Assembly (NCBI GenBank): GCA_965217775.1
Contig: CBDCJH010000002.1
Span: 6,208,001-6,272,000 of the forward strand
From: Acidobacteriota bacterium
GTDB taxonomy: Bacteria > Acidobacteriota > UBA6911 > RPQK01 > JAJDTT01
Length of the DNA stretch: 64,000 nt
Direction of reading: 5' to 3'
Shown piece by piece: positions 39,303-50,598 of this stretch. The number at the start of each line of letters is the position of its first letter. The first letter of the stretch is position 1. A program made the position numbers and the translations under genes. Below the pieces are notes generated by a model, which saw only the letters and a list, made by a program, of their open reading frames with translations, searched no databases and was not told where the DNA came from.

Positions 39303-40106
39303 ATGAGTCAGATGAATAGATTCGGCTGTGTGCTGTTGGCGTTGGGCTTGGCTACGAGTGCGCTGGGCTGCAACCTCTTCACGATCCTGGACAAGCTGAG
39401 CGCCCGGGATGAACTAAACAAGGGTGTAAAGGCCTACACCAGCCAGAAGTACGACGAGGCGGTAACGCACCTGCAGAGTGCGGTGGACCTCGACCCGGAA
39501 TTGATCGACGCCGAGTTGTATCTGGCCACGACCTATCGCGTCCAGTACGTGCCCGGCGGTCAGAGCATGGACAATCTTCAGATGGCCCAGAAGGCCATCC
39601 AGATCTTCGAGAGAGTCCTGGCAAAAGATCCGGCCAACGAGAGTTCCATGGCCAACATCTCCGGTATCTACAACAGCATGGGTGACTACGATTTGGCCAA
39701 GGAGTGGTACCGGAAGCAGATGGGTGCCAATCCGAGCAATCCGGAGCCCCTGTATGGAATCGGCACCATCGACTGGCAGCTTTCCTACGATCAGACCGGT
39801 ATGACCGGCGACAACGTGGAGAATCTGACCGACGAGGAGAAAGCCAAGGTCAATGCCACCGTCGATGAGGGCGTGGACGCCCTGAGGAAGGCACTCGAAA
39901 TCTACCCTCAGTACACGGATGCCATGCAGTATCTGAACCTTCTGTACAGAGAGAAGGGCAAGTTGGCCGACGACGACGAAGAGAAGGCCAGCTGGGAGAT
40001 GGAAGCCGACAAGCTGGCTCTGCAGGCTCTCGAGATGAAGAGAATGCAGGAAGAAGAGGCCGAGCGGGCCAAGCGCACCTTTACCGGCGCCACCGAAGGC
40101 AACTAA
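39303..40106 (+). CDS. TPR-repeat lipoprotein
   Basis: Lipobox ALGC; several TPR motifs; start could be 39270. Confidence 0.82.
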   Translation: MSQMNRFGCVLLALGLATSALGCNLFTILDKLSARDELNKGVKAYTSQKYDEAVTHLQSAVDLDPELIDAELYLATTYRVQYVPGGQSMDNLQMAQKAIQIFERVLAKDPANESSMANISGIYNSMGDYDLAKEWYRKQMGANPSNPEPLYGIGTIDWQLSYDQTGMTGDNVENLTDEEKAKVNATVDEGVDALRKALEIYPQYTDAMQYLNLLYREKGKLADDDEEKASWEMEADKLALQALEMKRMQEEEAERAKRTFTGATEGN

Positions 40107-40121
40107 CCGGTCCCGCCCTAG

Positions 40122-40281
40122 CAGCCCGTGGCAAAAGTCGTCACGGCATTCGACCGTCCCTGCATCGTGCGCGGACTGTGTTGCTATCGGCTCACATACT
40201 CCCGGTATGCTCCCTCCGTTGCGCCTTGTCCGGCGGGCGCAAGATCGGTCTCGGTGCTCGCAGGACTTTCACCACGGACTG
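40122..40281. mobile_element. MITE-like element family A, copy 2
   Basis: CAGCCCGTGG...CCACGGACTG flanked by CTAG on both sides (40118-40121 and 40282-40285). Confidence 0.78.
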
Positions 40282-40580
40282 CTAGGAACCGCTCCCTGGA
40301 GTTGCATCAACCGGATTCCCTGAAACAATCCCATAGCCTGCACCTGCCGGCACTTTTCTGCCACGAGGGATCGTGGTAAAATCCGCCGTGCTTCTTCTTC
40401 GCCGGTGCCTCGAGTCGCCTGCCAACCCCTTTCGGAACCGACCCGAACCGGTTTCCACATCTGAGCCGGTCACTTTCCCCGCAGTAAACGCCTCCGGGCG
40501 GTCTCCTTCTCCGTTCCCCGTCCCTGCCAATCAGCATCCGAGAACGCCGGCCCCGCGGGTCCAACTGCGGACCGCCAAGG

Positions 40581-40589
40581 TGTTACAAT
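40581..40589 (+). promoter_or_regulatory. Extended -10 promoter upstream of rel
   Basis: TGtTACAAT 16 nt before ATG 40606. Confidence 0.55.
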
Positions 40590-40605
40590 ACTGGGAACAG
40601 GTGCC

Positions 40606-42771
<2,166 letters not shown>

Positions 42772-42783
42772 CGGCCGGACGCA

Positions 42784-43026
42784 AGCCCGCATTTCTCACC
42801 AGGCCGCTATGCTTATGATGAAAAAGAACTTTTTTTCATCATTTACCCGGCTATTGCCAAGGTTTCTAGGGAACCGACTGCGCTGGGCGCGCCCTCGCTG
42901 GTCTTTTCGCCCTCAGCGCGCACATGCTCCCTCAAACGTAGTCACCACTACGCTTTCGGTCGCGAGCACGCGCTGAGGGCGAAAATTCCGCGCGATCATC
43001 GCGCCCGCTGGTGAGAAATAGGGGCT
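42784..43026. mobile_element. MITE-like element family B, copy 2 (long, with internal hairpin)
   Basis: IR AGCCCGCATTTCTCACCAG...CTGGTGAGAAATAGGGGCT(AG); extra segment TTTTCGCCCTCAGCGCG...CGCGCTGAGGGCGAAAA. Confidence 0.75.
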
Positions 43027-43039
43027 AGGTGCGCTCCGG

Positions 43040-43237
43040 TCAGTGGATGGCGGGCTTCTGAACGCGGCCATGTTTCAGACACTTGGCGCAGACGCGGATT
43101 CGTCGGGTGGTCCCGTTGATATTGGCGCGGACCCTCTGAAGATTGGGGCTCCACTTCCGTCGGGAACGATTGTGGGCATGGGAAACGTTGTTCCCGAATT
43201 GAGGCCCTTTCCCGCAGATCTGACAAACTTTCGCCAT
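43040..43237 (-). CDS. rpmB: 50S ribosomal protein L28
   Basis: MAKVCQICGK...GNNVSHAHN...PNLQ...CAKC. Confidence 0.96.
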   Translation of the reverse strand: MAKVCQICGKGPQFGNNVSHAHNRSRRKWSPNLQRVRANINGTTRRIRVCAKCLKHGRVQKPAIH

Positions 43238-43463
43238 CGTTCAATCCGTTCGCGAGGTGGACTTTTACCACTCTGGCCCGGAAGCTGTCAAGCCGCGGTG
43301 CCGGAGAACCGTCACCAGCTACCGGTAGAATGACCTGATCCAGATCACTCGGTTCGGCGACTCTCCCACTCCGGAACCAAGTGGCGCCATCCGCCGGTCT
43401 TCGTGTCACGGTGATGATGTCGTGGATCCATTGTGGAGTTCGTTCTAAGGGTTGGAGTCTGAG

Positions 43464-44339
43464 ATGAAGATCGCCGTCATCGGTGCGGGAACCATGGGGA
43501 GGGGCATTGCACACGTCTGTGCGGCCCACGGTCACCAGGTCTCGCTCAAGGATGTCGACTCGAAAGTTCTCAGCAACTCCATGGAGCTGATCCGGCGCGG
43601 TCTGGAGAAATCGCTGGAGCGGGAATCGGGAGAAACTGGTTCCGCCGCGACGGTGCTGGGCCGGATCCAACCGACAACCGGTTGGGAGAATACGGCCAGA
43701 TCGGAGATGGTCATCGAAGCGGTCGTGGAGATATTCGAGGTGAAGCGGGAGATCTTTCGCAAGCTGGGTGATCTTTGCGATCCTGGAGTCATTCTGGCCA
43801 GCAACACGTCGTCCATCCCCATCACCCGTCTGGCGGCCGTGACGAAACGTCCGGAGCGGGTCATAGGCATGCACTTCATGAATCCGGTCCCCAGAATGAA
43901 GCTGGTGGAGGTGATCCGAGGATTGCAGACGGATCAGGAGACGGTGGATTCCACCGTAACGCTGGCCAAGCAACTGGAGAAGGTCCCGGTGGAGGTTCGG
44001 GATTTCCCTGGATTCGTGACCAATCGGATCCTCATGCCCATGATCAATGAGGCCGTCACGGCGTTGATGGAAGGGGTGGCCGAGGCGGAAGGCATCGATC
44101 GGATCATGCAGCTTGGAATGAACCATCCCATGGGGCCTCTACGCCTGGCCGACCTCATCGGTCTTGATGTGTGCCTCCACGTGATGGAGGTCCTGTTCGA
44201 TGGTTTCAAGGATCCCAAGTATCGACCTTGCCCGTTGTTGAGACAGATGGTGGATGCCGGATGGTTGGGCCGCAAGACCGGCCGGGGGTTCTATACGTAC
44301 CCGGGCCGTGGGGCTGGCCAGCCGGGTGACTCGCGTTGA
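43464..44339 (+). CDS. hbd: 3-hydroxybutyryl-CoA dehydrogenase
   Basis: [41 protein letters not shown]. Confidence 0.92.
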   Translation: MKIAVIGAGTMGRGIAHVCAAHGHQVSLKDVDSKVLSNSMELIRRGLEKSLERESGETGSAATVLGRIQPTTGWENTARSEMVIEAVVEIFEVKREIFRKLGDLCDPGVILASNTSSIPITRLAAVTKRPERVIGMHFMNPVPRMKLVEVIRGLQTDQETVDSTVTLAKQLEKVPVEVRDFPGFVTNRILMPMINEAVTALMEGVAEAEGIDRIMQLGMNHPMGPLRLADLIGLDVCLHVMEVLFDGFKDPKYRPCPLLRQMVDAGWLGRKTGRGFYTYPGRGAGQPGDSR

Positions 44340-44380
44340 AAGGAAGGGTGATGAAAAGAAAAATGATGGAAGGACGAGTG

Positions 44381-45406
44381 ATGGACCAGAAGCAACGGCA
44401 AAGGGCTATCGAAATGGCTCTGACCCAGATCGAACGGCAGTTCGGGAAGGGTTCGATCATGAAGATGGGGGATCGATCCACGATGGACGTTCCCGTGATC
44501 TCCTCCGGGTCCATAGCGCTGGACACGGCGCTGGGGATCGGCGGATTTCCGCGAGGGCGGGTGATCGAGGTTTACGGTCCCGAGTCCAGCGGAAAGACCA
44601 CCATGGCTCTTCATGTGATCGCCGAGGCTCAGAAGACAGGGGGGACGGCGGCTTTCATCGACGCGGAACATGCCTTGGATCCCAGATATGCTGCCAATTT
44701 GGGGGTGAAGGTGAACGACCTTCTGATTTCCCAGCCCGACTATGGGGAACAGGCCCTCGAGATTGCCGAGGTCCTGGTGCGAAGTGGGGCTCTGGACGTG
44801 GTCGTGGTCGACTCGGTTGCGGCACTGGTGCCCAAGGCGGAGCTGGAGGGCGAAATGGGCGATCCCCACATGGGACTGCAGGCCCGGCTCATGTCCCAAG
44901 CGCTCCGGAAGCTCACAGGCATCGTCTCCAAGTCGCGGACCAGCCTGGTCTTCATCAATCAGGTGCGACATAAGATCGGTGTCATGTTCGGCAACCCCGA
45001 GACCACCACCGGAGGCAGGGCCCTCAAGTTCTATTCCTCGATCCGCCTGGAAATTCGCCGGATCGCGGCCATCAAGGAGGGAGATCAGAACGTCGGGAAC
45101 CGGACCCGGGCCAAGGTCGTGAAGAACAAGTTGGCGCCTCCGTTCCGTCAAGCCGAATTCGACATCGCCTTCGGTTTGGGAATCTCCAAGGAAGGGGAGC
45201 TTCTTGACCTCGCCGTGGAACAAGGGGTGGCCCAGAAGAGCGGCGCCTGGTACTCCTACGGCCGGGAGCGGCTCGGCCAGGGCCGCGAGAACGCCAAGCG
45301 GTACCTCAGGGACAACCAGGAGACGTTTCGCGAAATCGAGCGCAAGGTCAAAATCAAGCTGGGGATCATCAAGCCCCTGAAGAAGGTGGAATCGGCCGGG
45401 AAATAG
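44381..45406 (+). CDS. recA: Recombinase A
   Basis: [39 protein letters not shown]. Confidence 0.98.
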   Translation: MDQKQRQRAIEMALTQIERQFGKGSIMKMGDRSTMDVPVISSGSIALDTALGIGGFPRGRVIEVYGPESSGKTTMALHVIAEAQKTGGTAAFIDAEHALDPRYAANLGVKVNDLLISQPDYGEQALEIAEVLVRSGALDVVVVDSVAALVPKAELEGEMGDPHMGLQARLMSQALRKLTGIVSKSRTSLVFINQVRHKIGVMFGNPETTTGGRALKFYSSIRLEIRRIAAIKEGDQNVGNRTRAKVVKNKLAPPFRQAEFDIAFGLGISKEGELLDLAVEQGVAQKSGAWYSYGRERLGQGRENAKRYLRDNQETFREIERKVKIKLGIIKPLKKVESAGK

Positions 45407-45410
45407 GGCA

Positions 45411-45487
45411 GGAGGGGGGACATCCCTGTCCCCCTCTTCATTTCGGAGGGGGGACATCCTTGTCCCCCTCTTCCTCGCCGACCCGGA
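45411..45487. repeat. REP-like palindromic repeat, two tandem units (copy 2)
   Basis: GGAGGGGGGACATCC(C/T)TGTCCCCCTCTTC twice, then GCCGACCCGGA; directly after the recA stop. Confidence 0.68.
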
Positions 45488-45600
45488 ACCGGCGGCTGGA
45501 AATCTCCCGATCCCACACCTCCCTTCTTTCTGCCCGAACGGCGCGGGTCGAAATTCGTGGCGGCTTTCGCCGGTGGCTGCTAAGATCAGTCGGACCCGGT

Positions 45601-45675
45601 TCGGGGGTCGTCCAATTGGTAGGACAGCGGCCTTTGGAGCCGCCGATCCAGGTTCGAGTCCTGGCCCCCGAGCCA
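45601..45675 (+). tRNA. tRNA-Gln(TTG)
   Basis: TCGGGGG...GCGGCCT-TTG-GAGCCGC...GGTTCGAGTCC...CCCCCGAGCCA. Confidence 0.97.
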
Positions 45676-45740
45676 CTTTACTCTTCTCTTGAATCGGGTG
45701 CCGTATCGGCTGACGATTCCGCGCCGTACCGAAGCGGGAA

Positions 45741-47519
45741 TCAGCCGTGGTGGCCCTTCAGCGAGATCTCTCCCACGAAGCCTCTGGCGCCCCGTCTCAG
45801 CAGGGAGAACGTGTAGAGACCCGCCAGCAGGATCAGGCAAAGGAGTTCCAGGTTCGAGGGAGAGCCGGTCGCGGGACCCTCCAGTGCCGTGGCCTCGCCT
45901 GGGGGCAGGATCGCGTTGGTCAGGTAACCCAGAGTCACCGAGAGCAGGATGATGGTGGCGCTGAAGCAGAAGGCGATCTTGCGTCCGTGGAGTCGCGCCA
46001 GGACACCGAAGGTGGTCACGTTGGTGGCCGGTCCGGTCAAGAGAAAGGCCAGCGCGGCACCGGGTGAGACACCCTTCGCCAAGAGGACCGCGACGAACGG
46101 GGTGGCGCTGGACGCGCAGACGTAGGTGGGGAGCCCAAGTATTGCGAATGCCGGGATCTCCAGCGCCGCGGGCAGCCGATTGAGCCAATTGGTCGGCAGG
46201 AACGCCTCCACCACGGCCGCCAGGATCAGGCCGAAGACGATCCAGGGCGCGGTGTGGTCGACGGCGTCTCCGAATCCGTTCGAGAGACCCTGCCGGATTT
46301 TCTGACCCAAGGGGTGGGAGGCCCGGCTTCCAGGAGATTCCGCCACCTCAAGCAGGCTGCTGCGCCGCGGGACCAGGCGTCCCACGATCCACCCCACCAG
46401 AAGGGCCACCAAGGCGGCGGCGACGACGCGGACGATGGTCATCTTTCCCCCCAGAAGGGGGATGGAGAGAAGGACCGCATCGAGTCCCAGCTCCGGAGTG
46501 GAGATGAGAAATGCCATGGCGGCCGTGGCCGGAGCGCCATTCCGGACCAGCGTCCGATAAAGGGGGACCACGCCGCAGGAGCAGATGGGGAAGGGCAGCC
46601 CGACGGCCATTCCCCGCATCGCCTGGTTCCACTGCCGGCCCCGGCGCATCCAGGCGATGGAAGATCGGGTCAGGAAAGAACTCATGAATCCCGCAACCAG
46701 GTAGGCGATCAGCAGTGCGGGAGCCCCCTTCAGAGCCAACTGGAAAAAGGTCGAGACGATTCGCTCGCCTGCGGCCGCGTGAGGGAGATGTTCGAACCGA
46801 AATAGTGCCGCCAGCAGTGCTACTCCCAGCAGCGAGCCCAAACCCGGGAACCATCTCTGCATTCCGGATCCGGCAGGGACGAGGTTGCTGATCTTGGTCC
46901 TCGTCTGGTGCAGGGTCACATGCAGCAAGAAACCTGCCACGAGCGCCTGGAACCAATCCCCGCCTTGGCCGTTCAAACCGGCTATGACTGCAGGCCCCCA
47001 GAAGAAGCCCAAGCCGGTGGCGAGCATGATGGGCACCATGGCGGCGGCCGCTATCCAGGAACCGTATCCGGGCCGGAGAAGGCACCAGATTGTGAGGCCC
47101 ACCGGGAAACGGTGCAGGATGATAGCCAGGGGGAGATAATTCCCGCCGGCTTCGGCACCGGAGGCGCGGGCGCTGAGGGCGCCGCCGTCCGTCACCGCGT
47201 GGATGCAGAGTCCCAGCAAGCCCAGAATCAGGGCCGTCACATGCGCCCGGTTCGCTTCCTTGGGGAAGAACCGCTCGGTCAAGCTGGGAACGAGCACGCC
47301 CACCAGTCCGAAGAAGACGGCCTCCCAGTGGCCTCGGGAGAGGATCGGCAGCAGGATGCTCAAGAACAGCACACCGGGCATGGTCACGAAGATGAACCCA
47401 TCCAGGAGGATCAGCATCCTCGCATGGGCTCGGACCAGGTAGCAGATCAGCGGCCCCAGACAGAGACTCAGGAAGCAGGCCAGCAGCAGCTGAAATTCGC
47501 CGGGGCCCAAATCTCCCAT
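45741..47519 (-). CDS. Permease: ZIP-like N-terminal half fused to a DUF318/ArsP (SO_0444-like) domain
   Basis: HAVTDG and LHRFPVG ZIP-like motifs; PICSCGVVP, AFLISTPE, YVCASSATP, GPATN. Confidence 0.82.
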   Translation of the reverse strand: MGDLGPGEFQLLLACFLSLCLGPLICYLVRAHARMLILLDGFIFVTMPGVLFLSILLPILSRGHWEAVFFGLVGVLVPSLTERFFPKEANRAHVTALILGLLGLCIHAVTDGGALSARASGAEAGGNYLPLAIILHRFPVGLTIWCLLRPGYGSWIAAAAMVPIMLATGLGFFWGPAVIAGLNGQGGDWFQALVAGFLLHVTLHQTRTKISNLVPAGSGMQRWFPGLGSLLGVALLAALFRFEHLPHAAAGERIVSTFFQLALKGAPALLIAYLVAGFMSSFLTRSSIAWMRRGRQWNQAMRGMAVGLPFPICSCGVVPLYRTLVRNGAPATAAMAFLISTPELGLDAVLLSIPLLGGKMTIVRVVAAALVALLVGWIVGRLVPRRSSLLEVAESPGSRASHPLGQKIRQGLSNGFGDAVDHTAPWIVFGLILAAVVEAFLPTNWLNRLPAALEIPAFAILGLPTYVCASSATPFVAVLLAKGVSPGAALAFLLTGPATNVTTFGVLARLHGRKIAFCFSATIILLSVTLGYLTNAILPPGEATALEGPATGSPSNLELLCLILLAGLYTFSLLRRGARGFVGEISLKGHHG

Positions 47520-47742
47520 CCAGCCTGTTGACACGACCGATACGCTCCTGTCGCTAACCCGTCCGGCATTTGGATTATATCTTGTTCGGGACGGCATGCC
47601 CGCCGGCGCCGGATTGATTTCATGGATGCTGTGGAAGGGTCGGAGGAGCCGGATTCGGAGATCAATCCAGATTCGAAATGATTCTCAGATCGGGAGAATT
47701 AGACGTCCAAAGCTGGTAGTTTTCGTCCAGGAGCGTGAACCT

Positions 47743-48873
47743 ATGATGCGACCGCCATCGCTGTTCCCCACCACCGTCGTCGGCAGCCTTCCCCGCCCCC
47801 AATGGGTCATGGACCTCTTCGCCCAGGAGATTTCGGGGCAGGTCGATCCGGAAACCTTCCAGTCCCGCTTGGACAGCGCGGTCCTTTACGCCATCCAGCT
47901 TCAAGAAATGGCCGGGGTCGACATCATCAGCGATGGCGAATATCGGCGTGAAAGCTACGTCAAGATCTTTGCCCAACAGGTGGGGGGATTCGAGCGGGAC
48001 CTTCTGGACGGCTCGGCGATTCTGGACGACGGCCAGTTCTACGACAGCCGGGCTCGGCGGGTGGTGGCTCCCTCGCAGGCCGAGTCTCCTCTTCGCTATC
48101 CGGCGGTGGTCCGGCCCATCGAGGCCGGCCGACCGGTGGTCCTGGAAGAGGCCAGGTTTCTGATGACCCACACTTCGCTGCCGGTCAAGGTGACCCTGCC
48201 CTCGCCCTACATTCTGGCCCGGCGTCTCTGGCACCCCGACTTCTCGCGGGAGGCCTACCCGACACGCCAGGATTTCCTGAACGACATCATTCCGGTCCTG
48301 CGCCGGGAAGTCCGTGAGTTGGAGGCCCTGGGCGTCTATTTCATCCAGTTGGACGATCCTTGGCTCTCGCTCTTCGTGGACGAAGGCTACCGGAGCCATT
48401 TCGAGGCGGTGGAGCGGGAGATCCATACCAGCATCGACTGCATCAACCAGGTCGTATCAGGAATCCGGCAGGCCAAGACCGGAGTCCACTTCTGCCGGGC
48501 CCACTACAACCGGAAGACCGGGTTTCGGGGAGACTATTCCTATCTCCTGCCTTACCTGGAAGACCTTCGAGTCGACCAATTGGTCATGGAGTTCGCCCTG
48601 CCCAACGCCGGATCACTGTCGGTTCTGGAGGCGTTTCCGGAGCATCTGGAATTGGGACTGGGTTGCGTCGACGTCCGGGCCGAGGAGATTCCTCCACCCG
48701 GCCGGATCGTGGAGATGGTTCGCCGCGCGGCCCGTTACGTGGGACGCGACCGGATCACACTGAATCCCGACTGTGGATTCGCTCCCTCGAACACCAACCC
48801 GATTCCCCTGGACGAAGCGTACCGCAAGCTCAAGGCCATGGCCGAAGCGGCCCGCCGGCTGAGAGACGAGTAA
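47743..48873 (+). CDS. Cobalamin-independent methionine synthase II family (single-barrel) protein
   Basis: TTVVGSLPRP, SDGEYRR, IQLDDP, HFC and PDCG zinc ligands. Confidence 0.88.
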   Translation: MMRPPSLFPTTVVGSLPRPQWVMDLFAQEISGQVDPETFQSRLDSAVLYAIQLQEMAGVDIISDGEYRRESYVKIFAQQVGGFERDLLDGSAILDDGQFYDSRARRVVAPSQAESPLRYPAVVRPIEAGRPVVLEEARFLMTHTSLPVKVTLPSPYILARRLWHPDFSREAYPTRQDFLNDIIPVLRREVRELEALGVYFIQLDDPWLSLFVDEGYRSHFEAVEREIHTSIDCINQVVSGIRQAKTGVHFCRAHYNRKTGFRGDYSYLLPYLEDLRVDQLVMEFALPNAGSLSVLEAFPEHLELGLGCVDVRAEEIPPPGRIVEMVRRAARYVGRDRITLNPDCGFAPSNTNPIPLDEAYRKLKAMAEAARRLRDE

Positions 48874-48910
48874 CGGAGTGAGAGCGGAGGGGAGAGGAGG
48901 CTTGTAGCAG

Positions 48911-50239
48911 GTGATGGAGAAACGACCCCTTCAGTCCGAGTCCGCCGCCGGTCGAGGACAGGCGGCCCGCAGCGTCGTCATACAGAGCCGTCTCCTGGCG
49001 GACGGAGTTTCGGGCAGCTCCCGGACGGACCAGTCGTTGCTGGTCTGTGGGGACCGGATCCGAGCCGTTGGCGCCAGGGAGGAGATTCTGAAGACGGCGC
49101 CGCCGGATGCCGCCGTCATCGACCTGGGACAGGCGTGCCTGGCTCCGGGGCTGATCGACAGCCACACGCATCTGAGTCTGTCGGGGGATGGCCGCAACTA
49201 TGCCGAAATGTTCTCCGACTCCGACGAGATGATGGTGCTCACGGGCGCCATGAACATGAAGAAGCACCTGGATGCGGGTATCACCACCATCCGTGAGCAC
49301 GGCGCCCGGAACCGAGTCGGTTTCACTCTCAAGTCCGGACTCGCGCGAGGCTATATCCCGGGCCCCAGGATGTTGGTGAGCGGGCGCCCCATCACCTGCA
49401 CCGGCGGTCATTTCCACATGTGCAACGAGGTGGCCGACGGAGAGGCGGAGATCCGGAGGTCGGTCCGCCGGCTGGTCCACGAGGGCGCCGACTACATCAA
49501 GATCATGGCCTCCGGTGGAGGAACCGTCGGCACCATTCCGGGAGTGGCCACCTATACGGTCGATGAACTCCACGCCGCCGCCCACGAGGCTCACCACTTC
49601 CATCGGCTGACGGCGGCCCATTGCCGGGCCAAGAAGTCCATGCGCCGAGCCGTCGAGGCGGGCATCGATCTGATGGAGCATGCCGAGTTCATGGATCCGG
49701 ACGATCAAGTGCGGTTCGATCCCAAGATCGCCGAGATGATGGCCGAGTCGGGCATCTGGATCAGTCCCACCCTCCAGACCTGGTGCAACTATCCCAGGGT
49801 TGTGGAGCTGAGGCGGAGACGGGATTCCGGCGCGGCCGCGCCTTCGGAAGAGAGGGAGCTGGATCATCTGGAGGAGCGGATGGAAGGACGCCTGGAGATC
49901 ATGCGCCGGATGCTGGACTACTGTCTGCGCGAGCGGATCGTTCCCGGGACCGATTCGGGAGTCTTCAACATCGCCTTCGGGCACCTGGACTACGATTTGC
50001 AGATTCTCCACCAGGTCGGATTCACACCGTCGGAGTGCCTGGCCTCGGCGACTCGCATCTCGGCGGAGGCGATCGGACTTCAAGACGAGATCGGAACCAT
50101 CGAACCGGGGAAGCGGGCCGACCTGGTGGCTCTCGACGGCGATCCGAATCAGGACGTAACCGCTTGCAGCCGGGTCGTGGCCGTCATTCAGGCGGGAAGG
50201 CGGGTTTGGGCCGGCCCGAACGACGCCTCCACTCCATGA
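48911..50239 (+). CDS. Metal-dependent amidohydrolase (prolidase-like subgroup)
   Basis: PGLIDSHTH, YIKIMASGG, AAH, EH, GTD, GKRADLV. Confidence 0.88.
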   Translation: MMEKRPLQSESAAGRGQAARSVVIQSRLLADGVSGSSRTDQSLLVCGDRIRAVGAREEILKTAPPDAAVIDLGQACLAPGLIDSHTHLSLSGDGRNYAEMFSDSDEMMVLTGAMNMKKHLDAGITTIREHGARNRVGFTLKSGLARGYIPGPRMLVSGRPITCTGGHFHMCNEVADGEAEIRRSVRRLVHEGADYIKIMASGGGTVGTIPGVATYTVDELHAAAHEAHHFHRLTAAHCRAKKSMRRAVEAGIDLMEHAEFMDPDDQVRFDPKIAEMMAESGIWISPTLQTWCNYPRVVELRRRRDSGAAAPSEERELDHLEERMEGRLEIMRRMLDYCLRERIVPGTDSGVFNIAFGHLDYDLQILHQVGFTPSECLASATRISAEAIGLQDEIGTIEPGKRADLVALDGDPNQDVTACSRVVAVIQAGRRVWAGPNDASTP

Positions 50240-50565
50240 CGGCACGAAACAAATCCGATGCGTGGCAGGGAGTCTACGCTCTGGTCCGGAGGATTCCGGC
50301 GGGCAGGGTCATGAACTACGGGCAGATCGCCCGGCTCCTGGACCGGCCTCTCTCGGCTCGTGCGGTGGGCTGGGCCATGCACTCCTGCCCTCCCGGTCAT
50401 CCCTGGCATCGAGTGGTCAGTGCGACGGGCGAGTGTTCCACCGATCGACTCGCCTCCCATACTCCGGGTCTCCAGAGGGCGCTGCTGGAAGCCGAGGGCG
50501 TCCGCTTCGGCCCATCCGGGCGGGTGGATATGGACCGCTTCCGATGGAACCCGGAAGAGGCGTAG
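50236..50565 (+). CDS. Alkyltransferase-like (ATL/YbaZ) protein
   Basis: IPAGRVMNYGQIA, ARAVG, PWHRV (Trp in place of the catalytic Cys); ATGA overlap with the upstream gene. Confidence 0.88.
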   Translation: MTARNKSDAWQGVYALVRRIPAGRVMNYGQIARLLDRPLSARAVGWAMHSCPPGHPWHRVVSATGECSTDRLASHTPGLQRALLEAEGVRFGPSGRVDMDRFRWNPEEA

Positions 50566-50598
50566 AAACTGACCGGAGCTATGCGTTCCGGCGTCGTT

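Noticed and set aside
21670-40379. Similar small ORFs MAKVVAAFDR (21670) and MAKVVTAFDR (40128) as a peptide family or pheS leader peptide
   Set aside because: Both arise from MITE family A, lose similarity through a frameshift, lack an RBS and are not Phe-rich
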